Below, piece by piece: positions 34,001 to 45,383 of a stretch of 64,000 nt of DNA. Within the stretch, counting starts at the first letter, position 1, and each line of letters begins with the position of its first letter. This DNA comes from Minutocellus sp. GHC0000111. Its lineage: Eukaryota. Where the stretch lies: contig OZ361261.1 of the NCBI GenBank assembly GCA_977018835.1, forward strand, positions 558,001 through 622,000, read 5' to 3'. The notes under the pieces were generated by a model. It was not told the DNA's origin. It did no database searches and worked only from the letters and a program-made list of their open reading frames with translations. The position numbers were made by a program, and so were the translations under genes.

Positions 34001-37000
34001 GCATGGCATGGGCCCTTGCTCAAATTCTTGTTGTTGCACCCATTACAATGGAAAATCGCAAAAATACCGAAAATTTCTTACAGTATTACGACATCTTCAT
34101 AAGGCATGCCTTCGGAAATTTCAGAGACATATTGCGGGAAGTGTCGTACAGTCCGATCATGGCAGACTTTCTCACCTACCTCGATAGTAAGTCGGCAGCT
34201 CTTATTTGGGAAGACGAAGGGAAGCGAATATACGCGGATGAGAATTACGCCAGGTACGTACCACTTGATGCAGTGCAGAATGTTTGTGTAGAAGAAATAT
34301 CTACTGCGTGTAGATTGCTCATAATTCTGCCTCTCCGTGTGATCGTTGCTTTACTACATCCTTTCAGAGAGCTGATGCAGCTTTTTACGCTAGGTCTGGT
34401 CAAGCTGAATGACGATGGAACGCCAGTGCTCGACGAAGATGGAAAGACAGTCGCCGCGTATAGTAATGAAGACATCATGTCGTATGCGAGATCTTGGACT
34501 GGATTTGAACGTTATGAGAAGAGGAGTAACGTCGAGAATTTTGTTCCCGGACCATACAGTAATAGAATCGATCCTCTCCAAATAAACCCCGCATGGCGTG
34601 ATGTCTTTCCAAAGAATAGGCTCGGTGGTGGGTTCATTGGTGACGGATATCCATTGTGCGAAGACTTTCCTAGCAAAATGTTTTTGAAGAAAGGAGCCCG
34701 TTACCGCCTTCTAGGCTCATCGCGCGTGCCAGATTTTCAGAGCAAGCCGAAGACTACCGTTGTCGGGATGGACGTCAAGAATATCAAGCTTCAGCCTCGT
34801 ACTTCGCAGCTTTTTCGGGAACTTTGCCAGTCATCTAGTCCAGGCAACTGCAACTTTGTCAATGAAGTTATTCTTCCTCATAATCTTGTTTGCTCCAACG
34901 ATGAGTGCGAAATCGAAACTGTTCAAGTAGTCGAAGTAATCAGGGGCATTTTTTACGAATTTATCCGACCTCCGTGCGTCGAGCAGCCGTTTTTTGCTGG
35001 AGGAAGAGTAATCCGTAAATGGAATGGGGAGGCGAATGTATGCGCCAATCCATCTTTACCTGTCGCTGGGGAAGCTTGCTGCCCCGTGGATGGAAGTCAA
35101 GAACCTTCAAGATCTTGCGTCTACACGGGAGAACGGCTGTCTTTTCGAGAAGCTGCTCAACGCTGCAGCGATTTGGGTATGCGTCTATGTGACTTCAAGT
35201 ACACGGAAGAGAATACCGATCTAGCGTGCAAAGATTGCTGTGTTGAAGAATCTTATCATTGGGTTAACCTTCCAGCAATTGGTGGATCTGGACTTTCGCT
35301 ACAGCGTCGTGGTAAAGGACGTGATTGCTCTATCAAAGTAAAAGTCAGATCTTCGGATGGCTATGTTGCCATCGTTCATGACATTGGAGGAACCAAGTAT
35401 GATCATCTTGTCCTGTCCTTGTTAAGTGCCGAGAATGAGAATTTTTTTCGCGTCTTTTGGGCCGACGAGTATCCCTCGGCAGAGAATCAATGCAGTGGAG
35501 GTTTCTGCGACCAAATCGGAGACATCTGCATTTGTGACATTGCCGTGAAAAATGATGCAGTGTTTTCCTCCATGCCAACAAAGGAGGCGATAATAGATCA
35601 GCTCCACATTGGGAGTTTGGACCCCGAGGCTTACGAAGCATACTTACCCAATCCTGACGACGAAAGTAGGGATGGAGTACTGGTTTACCACAGACCCAGG
35701 GAAGGAGAACAGCCCGTCAGTTTTGGCATTGATTCGATCTTTGCTCTCACCGACGACTTCACCGGCGAGCAAATCTTCTTCAAGAATGCCTTGTCGACGG
35801 TCAAAATTATCGGCACTTCTTATACTTTTAGAAATCCGCCCCACTTCTTGTCGCTTTTCCATGGAGAGATTCGCGACGCAGCATATGAAACCGAGGCAGT
35901 GCTGGAGTCTGTTTTTCGCAACGAAAACACAGCACCGTTCCTCGCCATGAGGATTATCCAGCGCCTAGGCTTGTCGAATCCTTCAGCTGGCTTTGTCAGG
36001 TCCGTTGCTGCGTCATTTCGCAGCGGGTTTTACAACGTTGCTCCTACCAATGCCTCAGACGATTCCATCACTTTTGGTAGCGGTCAGTATGGAAGTTTGG
36101 CAGCGATGCTTCCTGCGATTTTGATGCATCCGGAAATGCGAGCCATTGTTTTGGATGCTGACCCATCTACAGGTTCATTCGACGAGCCATTACTATCAAT
36201 TATAAGAGTACTGAGATCGATGGAATATACTCCAAGTTCGGGTAACGAGATCGTCAAGCTCATGCAAATGGAGGGACGGATCGGCCAGATGGCACATGAA
36301 CCTCTGACTGTTTTTAGCTTCTTCCTGCCTCACTACCATCCTGGCACTGGACCACTTACCTCGGCCTCCTTGGCGTCTCCTGAGTCCCAGCTTCTGGCTA
36401 TGAGCCAGATTGTTAGTGCATTGAACGGTCTATTCTCCCTCACGAAATATGGACTGCTCTCGTGCGGACATGGTTTTGGGGAGAAACCTAGTAACGGCTG
36501 TTCAAGCATGGTTGAGGGCGACACATCGAAAGCTCAAGGGCGACTAACATACCAGCCTACGTCGAATGACCCTTCTATTATTCTAGATGAGCTTTCCACT
36601 CTCCTCACTGCGGGCAGGCTGAGCGAAAGCAATAAGAAAAGAATCGTTTCTGCCTATGTCGCTCGTGAGAAGGAGGAAGGCAAAGACGCTGCTTTGAGAC
36701 TAGCTCAGCAACTTGTCATTACTTCCCCGGAGTTTCGGAGCAGTGGAGTTACAAGGCAGGTGCAGAGCGAGAAGCGTGAGCAAAAGACTCCCTCGCTAAC
36801 GTGCAAGCCATATAAAGCGATCGTCTTTCTAATGCTTCAGGGAGGCGTTGACTCTTTCAATATGCTCGTGCCGCATAGTGAGTGCAAGGGCGAAGAGGAT
36901 ATGTACGAACAATACAAAAGGGTTCGGCAGCACCTTGCGCTCGACAAGGATTCAATCCTTCAGATCAAAGCAAATCATGATCAACCCTGCGATAAATTTG

Positions 37001-38368
37001 GTGTGCACCCTCAACTCCCCATTCTTCAAATGCTATACAATGAAGAGTCTGCCATCTTCTTGGCCAACATCGGGACCGCCATGCCGATCCATGATAATCG
37101 TCTTTACGGCCACGAACAGATGCAGACCGTCTGCAAGCAACTCGATAGCGGGAGAAATACTACAGGCACCGGCGTGCTCGGAAGACTTGCCGATATTCTC
37201 CGAGCGTCCAACGTCGCCACAGGTGCGGCAAGTGTGAACTACATTAGCGAAACGCTAACCGGTACAACGAAGAGCAATCAGAACATGGTTATCAATGAGA
37301 AAAATATTGAGAAATTTGCTCCCAAACCAAGTTCTGGTGCTGACTTCGTGCCAACTATCGAAATGCTTAATGAGGCGTCAAGTTGGAGAAGCTCTATGTT
37401 TGCTGAGACTTGGTCCAGTGTTCTGAGAGAGTCAATTGACCAAAACTCCGTCGCCTATCGGGCCCTGGAATCGGCAGAGGTCAATGTCAAATTTCCTTCC
37501 AGCTCTATCTCAAAGCAGCTACAGACAGTGGCTCGTCTCATCTCGTCTCAAAAATGCCGCGTGGTAGAGCGCGACGTGTTTCATGTTTCGCAGGGCGGAT
37601 ACGATCATCACTACAATGTCAACCGAGGGCTGAAAAAGAACTTTATTGAGCTAGACGAGGCGATCAAGGCCTTTGTAGATGAAATGAAGTCTCAGAATCA
37701 CTATGACGATGTCGTACTTGTGTCTTCGTCTGAATTTGGTCGTACCATTATTCCCGATTCAAGAGGAGGTTCAGATCATGGATGGGGTGGTATCAATTTC
37801 GTCCTTGGTGGTACGTCGAATGCATTGTTTTTGTCATACTTTGAAGACGGGCTGCCCTGCACTCACCTCTCACCACTTCCCCTATGGGATTTCTTCTTCA
37901 AATACTGCTGCGCTCATAGGGAGGGTGAAGGGCGGCCGAATCCTTGGCGAGTACCCATCTGACCTCACAGAGAAGTCGCGGCTAAATCTAGGGCGTGGCA
38001 GGATCCAGCCAACGACGAGTTGGGAAGCACTCTGGAATGGCATTGCCCAGTGGTTTGGCATAACTGATGAGAATGACCTCGACGCTGCTCTTCCTTATCG
38101 GACATATTCGTCAGACAAAGACACGATGTACTCGGAGTCTGACTTGTTTGTTACCTCTTACCTTGGCGATCGCGAGCAAGATCAACAGTGCTCCCAACAC
38201 GAATTGGCCAAAATGTGTTTAAAGCGAGCTCGTCGCATCTCCGAGGAGAAAGTCAAGGATGGTGCTACCTTTTCTACCAAATATACAAGCTTCCTTGTGC
38301 TCTTGTCTCTTGTTGTTGGCACCATTGGTACTGCTCTCACCATCATTTTTGCTCGTCAGAGAAAGTAG
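31066..38368 (+). CDS. Giant secreted/type I membrane DUF1800-DUF1501 fusion protein, 6 exons (31066-32835, 32956-33268, 33410-33473, 33624-34253, 34368-37810, 37920-38368), 2,222 aa
   Basis: DUF1800 motifs ARFLSQTTFG, DQLRQRMAWALAQI, AFGNFRDILREVSYSPIMADFL and DENYARELMQLFTLG. DUF1501 motifs VFLMLQGGVDSFNMLVP, GGYDHH, SEFGRT and GSDHGWGG. Five GT-AG introns join to 6,669 nt in frame; signal peptide and C-terminal TM present. Confidence 0.9.
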
Positions 38369-38542
38369 AGATTAATTTGTGTAATATGTAGTAAATTTAT
38401 TATGTGGAGTGTGGATGCTCATGACTCCGTAGTTTGCTCTGGCTCTCAACTAGTACAAAGAAGTGCACACATACATGTTCGCTCTTCCCTTTTATTTTAT
38501 GCAACGTTCGCACGTAGTGTGTGGTAATGGAATTGATTGTCT

Positions 38543-39283
38543 TCACTTACTCTCTTTAAACCGCTCCCGATGCTCTTGTGAATTAAAGAATGGCACAATA
38601 TCTCTTACATCAGTGGCAACCAATACTATTGCAGATATTCCAACAAGTCTGGCCATTTCCAATATCTGCGTTGCATCGCCTCCTCGAACAGCAGCCTCGT
38701 CGTAAGGCTTGGTTTGAATGCCATTCTTGCCGCATTGGGGGCAAAAGTTCTTTATCTTGTCATCAAACAGGATAGCCCTATCCAGTCGATCTGTGATTGC
38801 CGACAAGTCCTTCCCTCTTTTCACCGAATCGGGCCTTAGGTCTCTATGAACTATGGTTTGGAACAGCTCGCCCTTTGGATCGAGTTCTGCCATTATGTTG
38901 TCTGTGTACGTCCTCTGGGCTGTAGTGTATACGTGCTGGACGCTAAATAGGTTGCAAATTTGAATGGCAGCTTTTGCGCCTGGTCGCCAATACGTTCGAG
39001 TGTTAGGGATGCTGTCCTCAAATGGGAAATCATCGTCAATTTGATCAAAATATCGGGATGAATCAGTGGGCAAGGGGGCTACATTTACTTCGTCGTTGTT
39101 TTGTGTTTCATCGCTACTTTCGCCGCTTGAGCATGGATGTGGACTGACGGAGCAAAGAATGGTGTTGTCGAGGTCCCATATCACATGTGGCGGGTCGTAC
39201 TTTGCCTTGTAGGCAGGATAAGATGCCACTGCCGCCGGTACCAGCATCCTTCTTGCCGCTGAACGGATCGTTGAGTTCGCCAT
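38543..39283 (-). CDS. FCP1/SCP (NIF) family HAD-like phosphatase
   Basis: Motif I VIWDLDNTIL (DxDxT), then RPG, VYTTAQRTY and ILFDD. Possible mitochondrial presequence. Confidence 0.85.
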   Translation of the reverse strand: MANSTIRSAARRMLVPAAVASYPAYKAKYDPPHVIWDLDNTILCSVSPHPCSSGESSDETQNNDEVNVAPLPTDSSRYFDQIDDDFPFEDSIPNTRTYWRPGAKAAIQICNLFSVQHVYTTAQRTYTDNIMAELDPKGELFQTIVHRDLRPDSVKRGKDLSAITDRLDRAILFDDKIKNFCPQCGKNGIQTKPYDEAAVRGGDATQILEMARLVGISAIVLVATDVRDIVPFFNSQEHRERFKESK

Positions 39284-39319
39284 TGCAACGACAAAAAAAT
39301 GCTGATACTACTACTACTG

Positions 39320-39363
39320 TACCTAGGCCTAGGTAGTAGGCCTACCTAGGTAGGCCTAGGTAC
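39320..39363. repeat. Cluster of CCTAGG/TAGGCCTA palindromes between divergent genes
   Basis: Perfect 16-bp palindrome TACCTAGGCCTAGGTA (39320-39335) and perfect 22-bp palindrome TAGGCCTACCTAGGTAGGCCTA (39337-39358). Confidence 0.9.
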
Positions 39364-39556
39364 GACGCGACGCAGGGAAATCGTCGAAATTAGAAAATGG
39401 TCCGTCCGTCGACTTGACTTGCTGAGTTGCTGAGCCGAGGCCGCTGACGCTCTTGCACTCTCTCGCTCGGGTGCATGCATGCATGCAATAATTCCTGAGA
39501 TAGCTATTGCAGTATTGCTGATTACGAAGTCGCTGCGGCACAGCAGTAGTAGTACG

Positions 39557-41065
39557 ATGCCAATGGATTCGGCAACTACGCGCCTGTTGTTTTGTACCAT
39601 TTCCGCGATTTTGCTTTTGGCATCTGCAATAGCAGCAGCACCAACCGCAATCAATCATCCGCAACCACCTCAAGATACTTGTTCGACCCCAACGGTGGCT
39701 GTTACCGTCCAAAGGGCTGCCACCACTTCTAAGTCTTCCTATGTGATTGCGCATGCCGTTTGCTTCAGTGATTCCAACAATGTGCCGGCTTGTGAGGAAG
39801 ACGATCCTGATGATGACGGTGACAGCGTGGAGATCGCTGCAACTGCATGTTGCGACGCAATGAAGAGGGCTGTGCGGTTTCTGTGCCTGCAGGTACAAAC
39901 CAATACAGGGGAGGGGTACATGTATGACTCGTCGTCGTTCCTCTTGGCCAAGCATTCCATCTGTCGAGGTTTGGACACCAGTGCTAATGATTCAACGGTA
40001 CCTGCCTCATGGGAACAGTGTACCGAACACATTGCATCCATCCCGAATTATTATTCGCCTGGCGTGGAATTAGGAATCCTACTAGAGGATGAATTGATGG
40101 CACCTACACATATGCTCTCGATATGGGAAGAGGAAACAGGAAGTGCCAGTACTTCAGCGGATGGAGGCACCAGTAGTGATAACGATGCTGCGACTGTGCA
40201 TACTCGTAGCTTTGGGCTGATTGGTGAGCAATTCGTCTGGGACGAGATGAGCGGAGGACGATGGCATTCTTCAACATCCTCGCCATTTCTTATTGCCAGT
40301 CTCGAAGATGATGCTGATGCCTTTCCAAGATCTCAACAATCATCGTCGATTGCAGCCAGGATCATCTCCTCTCTATCGGAATCGGGTGGGATGCACAGGG
40401 CACATAACCACAGGGTTGTGCTGTCGATGGGAGAGGTCATTGGTGCTGGAGGCAGCGAAGCGAAAGGGAATGTGACGGTCCTGCTGCCATTGAGCGAGGG
40501 ACTATTTATGGACATTGATGATGCCTTGCAGAATGATGGGGAGTGCACCATCACATCCATGGGCGGCGAGTGCAAGGCCGAGATGATTGACCTTCCGCGG
40601 GGGGTTGTAGTGGACATTGAACAGCCGTCCTTTGCAAGTCGTCAGCACATTTTGGCCATCCGCATATCGTTCCAGCTCCGTGATCTGCACCACCAGAGCC
40701 ACCTTCCTGACGTTGCTCTTGAATTCACATCCAATCTCCATTTACGTTACCAGGAGCCACTTCTTACAACTGAGATGGAAAAGCGGAATGGAAGAATGGT
40801 CCCAGTTTACATTCCGTCGACGTTTGTTGGAGGAGGTTACACTGTAGTGGTCAAGAAAGACGGTCAAGGAGGTAGTGATGGCGACAGAACAGCCGTATAC
40901 TATTCCATTAATGGAGGACAAGTCCAACGAAATGCCCGCATTGTTGAGGCTGCTACTGGACACGACGGTGACTATGGCTTCGTTGTTGCCGCCACACTTT
41001 TTGCTAGCGTCTTTGGATCGTTCGTAATGATTCGAGAATTTTCGGTCGTTAGCCGATGGGTGTAA
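39557..41065 (+). CDS. PIGX: GPI mannosyltransferase I subunit PIG-X/PBN1-like
   Basis: Signal peptide; GGMHR, LPLSEGLFMDIDD, DIEQPSF and LHLRY motifs; C-terminal TM helix. Confidence 0.72.
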   Translation: MPMDSATTRLLFCTISAILLLASAIAAAPTAINHPQPPQDTCSTPTVAVTVQRAATTSKSSYVIAHAVCFSDSNNVPACEEDDPDDDGDSVEIAATACCDAMKRAVRFLCLQVQTNTGEGYMYDSSSFLLAKHSICRGLDTSANDSTVPASWEQCTEHIASIPNYYSPGVELGILLEDELMAPTHMLSIWEEETGSASTSADGGTSSDNDAATVHTRSFGLIGEQFVWDEMSGGRWHSSTSSPFLIASLEDDADAFPRSQQSSSIAARIISSLSESGGMHRAHNHRVVLSMGEVIGAGGSEAKGNVTVLLPLSEGLFMDIDDALQNDGECTITSMGGECKAEMIDLPRGVVVDIEQPSFASRQHILAIRISFQLRDLHHQSHLPDVALEFTSNLHLRYQEPLLTTEMEKRNGRMVPVYIPSTFVGGGYTVVVKKDGQGGSDGDRTAVYYSINGGQVQRNARIVEAATGHDGDYGFVVAATLFASVFGSFVMIREFSVVSRWV

Positions 41066-41168
41066 AGCTGCCAGACTGCATACAAAGGAGACATGTTACC
41101 CATTCGAACTATTTGGTGTCCTACGTTAGAGACTACTTCCAATCTCATTCTGCCAAGCTTTTCTCTGC

Positions 41169-42323
41169 CTAGCTGTGGAATGCGGGCAACAATGTGCCGC
41201 GCCGTCCTACCGCTCCTTTCCCTGCCATGATCGACCTTCTGCTGCCTTTCTTGCTTCCCATGAGGGCGGTCGCTCGACGGATGTTGGGCTGCTTGACATT
41301 GCCTAGACGATTGGCCGTCAACAGCTGCAGCTCCGTGCGAGATAGTGGACGAGTGACTGGATTCTCATCATCCTCAACATCATCTTCCAATCGAGGCGGC
41401 ATCACATAGATTGGGTCGGGAGCCATCGGCTGACTCGGGCCTTCGCCCAGTAGATTTGGACGAGACGGCGGTGGGAGTGGTGGAGGTGAAGTTATTTGGT
41501 TGTTGTGTTGCTGTTGCTGTTGCTTCTGCAAGTGCCTTTTCGCTGCTGCAGATATCGATGGAGACGAGGAGGTTGATGTTTTGCTTGCCATCCTCGTTGA
41601 GACCGACTGTAGCGGCCCATCGCATCCAAGTTGGCGATACCTCAACAAAATCTCATTGACCTTGTCCTCAACGGCACCAAGACAATCCAACATATTCGCA
41701 TCGGTGATCCCCTCCTCGCCTAGCACGTCCTGGCAGTCCATTCTCGTTAGCAGTAACTGTATATTTGTATGGAGGGATTAGCAGAAGAAATGAGAAGGCA
41801 AGAAGGTGAGGAGAATCGTCAGGATCCCTTCTTTTTGTGTGGACGAGTTACAAGTAAGTAGTAATATGCAAACAGAACTCAACGCACTCACCTTGATGGC
41901 ATCCTTGATGGATTCGGTCGTCCTAACAGCATTGACCCCGCCCGTCATTCGTCGATGCTCCCAGATCTGCTTCCGTCTCTCGGTGATTTGTTCTTGCATG
42001 GATTGGAGCATCTCCTTTTCGGCTTCAATCAAATCACGGTATCGGGCCGATTCCTCGTACAGCTTGGCCAATTGATCTTGCTCGAAGGATAACATGGGCT
42101 GATGTGAATTGCGCATCTGTAGTGTTGCTACATCGGCCTTCAAATCATAGTTTTCTTTTCGTAGCTTGTCGAGCTTTTGCTGCTGCTGCCGTAGGACGAG
42201 GGCGGAGTCTTCGGCAAAAGACTTGCGATTGAGCTCCATATTCCGATAGACCTTTTGCGGATCCTCCAGATCCGAGAGTGGTTCTCCGCCGCCTCCTCCT
42301 CCTCCTCCTTGCATTGTTTGCAT
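41169..42323 (-). CDS. Outer dynein arm docking complex DC2 (ODA1/CCDC63/CCDC114)-like protein, apparently internally deleted; exons 42323-41892 and 41756-41169
   Basis: N-terminal YRNMELNRKSFAEDS..VLRQQQQKLDKLRKEN and GGVNA; C-terminal LGEEGITDANMLDCLGAVEDKVNEIL, LLGEGP and RPLSRTEL. Only 339 aa. Confidence 0.7.
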
Positions 42324-42657
42324 GGTTGGTAGTTGAGCTGAGGATGATAAGAGGAGGCGAGTGCTTTCTTTTAGGTGAGTGAGTGAGTGAGTGAGTAAAT
42401 GCTGGTATGGCATGGTGCAGACGTCAGCGTCACTCCGATCAAAATGAAATTCATTTCTTGTATTTTCAGTAGACTCACATCCTATCTTATCTTGATCCCT
42501 CGACTTGACTCAACAAGGTGCGAACCAAACAAGTACGTAGCTTATCCTCGAAGCATCATGGCTAGAAGATGAAATGAAATGCCTGCTGCATGTGCCACGC
42601 AAAGCAAGACCAAGAAGAGACCAACTTCATTGCCAACGTCATCGTCCGACAACAATA

Positions 42658-43563
42658 ATGGCAACGCCCGACGCCCTGTTCCAGTTCGTGGTCCAACCAT
42701 GCGAGACTTTGGCCTCGAACAAGTGAGTTGATTGGAGCAATGCATTATTGGTCACTGGACAAGGATTTATTGCATTTGCGTGTAATGTCTTCATTATTTG
42801 GCGCTTAGCTCACATGTTTCCGTCATTATTTTGTCGCATCAGGGTGAACTCAAAGGAATTGCGACGTGTCGTAGAGGAGGCCATCGAAGAGGCCGATGTG
42901 AAGCCCAATATTGTACGATTTTTCCGAGGTGCCATGTTCAACATGATCAATATTGCCCTGTCGGAGGTAGACGTTGTGGCCAAGCCATCTCGATGCACAT
43001 TTTCGCTCGCGGGTTGGCTCGAGGAACGCAACCGCGATGTCTATCCCAAGATGGAGGGATACCGCCCCACCATGGCCAGCGGCGGACCCAGAGCATCCTT
43101 CCTGGACGTCCGAACGCCCGTGAAGCTTCCAGATTCGCTTCGTGGTGAAAAGTATGCATTTGTGTCGTTGCCTTTGGCAGAATTTCTAGAGGGAGGTGGA
43201 GTGAACAATGAGAACATTGGAGTTGGAAAGCTTTGTCCTGTCGATCCGACTCTGCCGGCCGATGCATTTGTACAGGGCATTGTCATTTTGACGACAAGGG
43301 CCAATGGTCTCGCAGCGTGGTTGGCTGGCACAGAGCTTTCTGGATTCAAGTGCGATTTGCGCAAGAGGACGCTTGTCATGGAGACCGACATCGATAACCA
43401 ATATCTCATGGCAAAACTGAATGATATCCAAAGACAAGAGGGCATGGCGTTCGAAGAGGGCAAAGATTCGCTGGGCGGCCTCCACTTTGTCAGTGTTCAG
43501 GTAGACGAAGATGAGGACCCAGCGGGCTTTTGGCTGCTCAAGGAGATGCCAGATGGTCTCTAA
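42658..43563 (+). CDS. TAB2: Tab2/ATAB2 plastid RNA-binding protein, 5'-truncated; intron 42723-42842
   Basis: Spliced ETLASNK|VNSKELRRVVEE, then VRFFRGAMFNMINIAL, PSRCT, WLEERNRDVYPKMEGY, LPDSLRGEKYAFVSL and GGLHFVSVQ...AGFWLL. The N-terminal WELD-type motif and a targeting peptide were not found upstream. Confidence 0.82.
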
Positions 43564-43950
43564 AGAGTAGTGTAAAGTGTGCTATTTAGGAAAATTATCG
43601 GTAGATCTATGGAAAAGAAGGAGGTGTGTGGACGGATGATTAGGTTGGTAGGCACGTGAACACTTGAGTTGCGTCGGCGCCGATGCTTTAGTTCTTCTTT
43701 GGACCCAACCGTATTCATTTAGTTATTCTTATGGCGAGACCGGCAGAAAAGAAGTGCGTATCGCCACTTTATTGAGACAGTGACCGCGTGTGGTTCCGGC
43801 CACCAGTTGGTCCGAACGTTCGGACAAAAGGCGAATGTTGCATACAAAAAGAGGTCGCACCGCAAACCCCCCCCCTCACCACCGCTCACGTGCGTGCGGC
43901 GGCGGCGCGGCGATCAGCAATCCAAACCCGCCCGGCCGGCCATCAGCAAG

Positions 43951-45033
43951 ATGAAAAAGAAGCCGATCGACCTGGGCGCCGGCCTCGTGCTGCAACTTCC
44001 TCTGGCAATCGGGACATTGCAGTGGGGCACAACGTGGGTGGATAACGCGATCATCAATTCCAAGGGATGCATATCGGAAGCAGAAGCCGAGGCCATTGTC
44101 TCTCACTTCCGCCAAGAGGGCGTATCTTTGTTTGACACCGCCGAAGGTTACGGGGGTGGGACTAGCGAGAAGCGTTTGGGAAGATGCATCGTGGCGTCAG
44201 ATTATGCCAGTGGCGGTGAATTGCCCCAGGCTCTACAAATGTCAAAATTCTTGCCAGTTCCTTGGCGCTTTGGACATGCTTCGTTTGAGCGTGCCCTTCG
44301 AGAATCGAACAAACGCATGAACATCGATTGCTGTCCTGTTTATTTGCTTCACTCGCCCGTGCACTGGCGTCCGATCGAATATTGGGTCGAATCTGCCGCA
44401 ATGTGCAAACAGAAGGGGCTTTTGAATGCATTGGGATTGTCCAATTGCAACGCGGATCAATGCCGACGTGCTTTCGAGGCTGGACAAAAATTTGGGGTTC
44501 CAGTGATAATTTATCAGGTCCACTTTTCGCTGCTCGATTACAATAGCAATGCCCTTCAGGAGATGGTGTAAGTATGCAAAGAATGTGGAATTACGATTAT
44601 TGCCTATTCGCCAATTGGGCAGGGCTTGCTGACTGATGGCTTGAACGAAGAGACCTGCAGAACGAACAAGCCAGCTCGCATGTTCAGATTGAAGTACGAT
44701 GACATACAGCCCCTTAGGACCTGCATCCGAACGATTGCCGACAAACACCAAGCCTCGATGGCCCAAGTTGCGATCAATTGGTGCGCATCACATGGCACAG
44801 TGCCCTTGGTTGGATGTCGCTCGTTGAAACAGGCACGAGATACATTGGGAGTATTGTCTTTTGATTTGTCTGAAGAGGACATTGCCGAGCTTGATGGGCT
44901 AGCGCTAGATCGTTCAACCCTGGAAAGTCCAGGATGGAGGCGGGCTATATTTGTTTCTCTTGCAGGCTTCATCATGACAGTATGCAAAGGGTTGGATTGG
45001 ATTGGATACGGAAGAATTGAGCAGGCCAGGTGA
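43951..45033 (+). CDS. Aldo-keto reductase (pyridoxal-reductase-like); in-frame TAA at 44569-44571
   Basis: Motifs IGTLQWG, FDTAEGYGGGTSEKRLG, YLLHSP, LGLSN and QVHFSLL. After the stop the same frame continues VCKECGITIIAYSPIGQGLLT and SMAQVAINWC. Confidence 0.88.
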
Positions 45034-45383
45034 ATGACAATGACGAGGCGATGCGGTGTTGTTTTCAACACAAGATTCTTTCATCAGCAACAAAGTGACG
45101 ATGGCACTGCCGCCGGAGGAAATTTTAAAGGGCTACTCCAACAAGGCTTTAAGTATAGAGTAAGCAGTTGTGCCGATAGGAACCTCGAAACATTCCATAA
45201 TACATGTTGCTTGTAGATCGGAAGGGACCGGGGAAAGCACCACCAGCAGCAGTCTCCCGATCCCGTCCCGGCCATCGGGCCCATGCCGGCCGCACTTAAG
45301 CACTACCTAGGTAATTGTTTCAGTTGACCACTAACTAGTAGAGATTTGCCCATCATTTTTATCATTCCTTCGTTTTCGCCACC

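Noticed and set aside
44566..44575. GTAAGT at the AKR stop as an intron donor
   Set aside because: Conserved AKR sequence (CKECGITIIAYSPIGQG) follows immediately in frame, leaving nothing to splice out.
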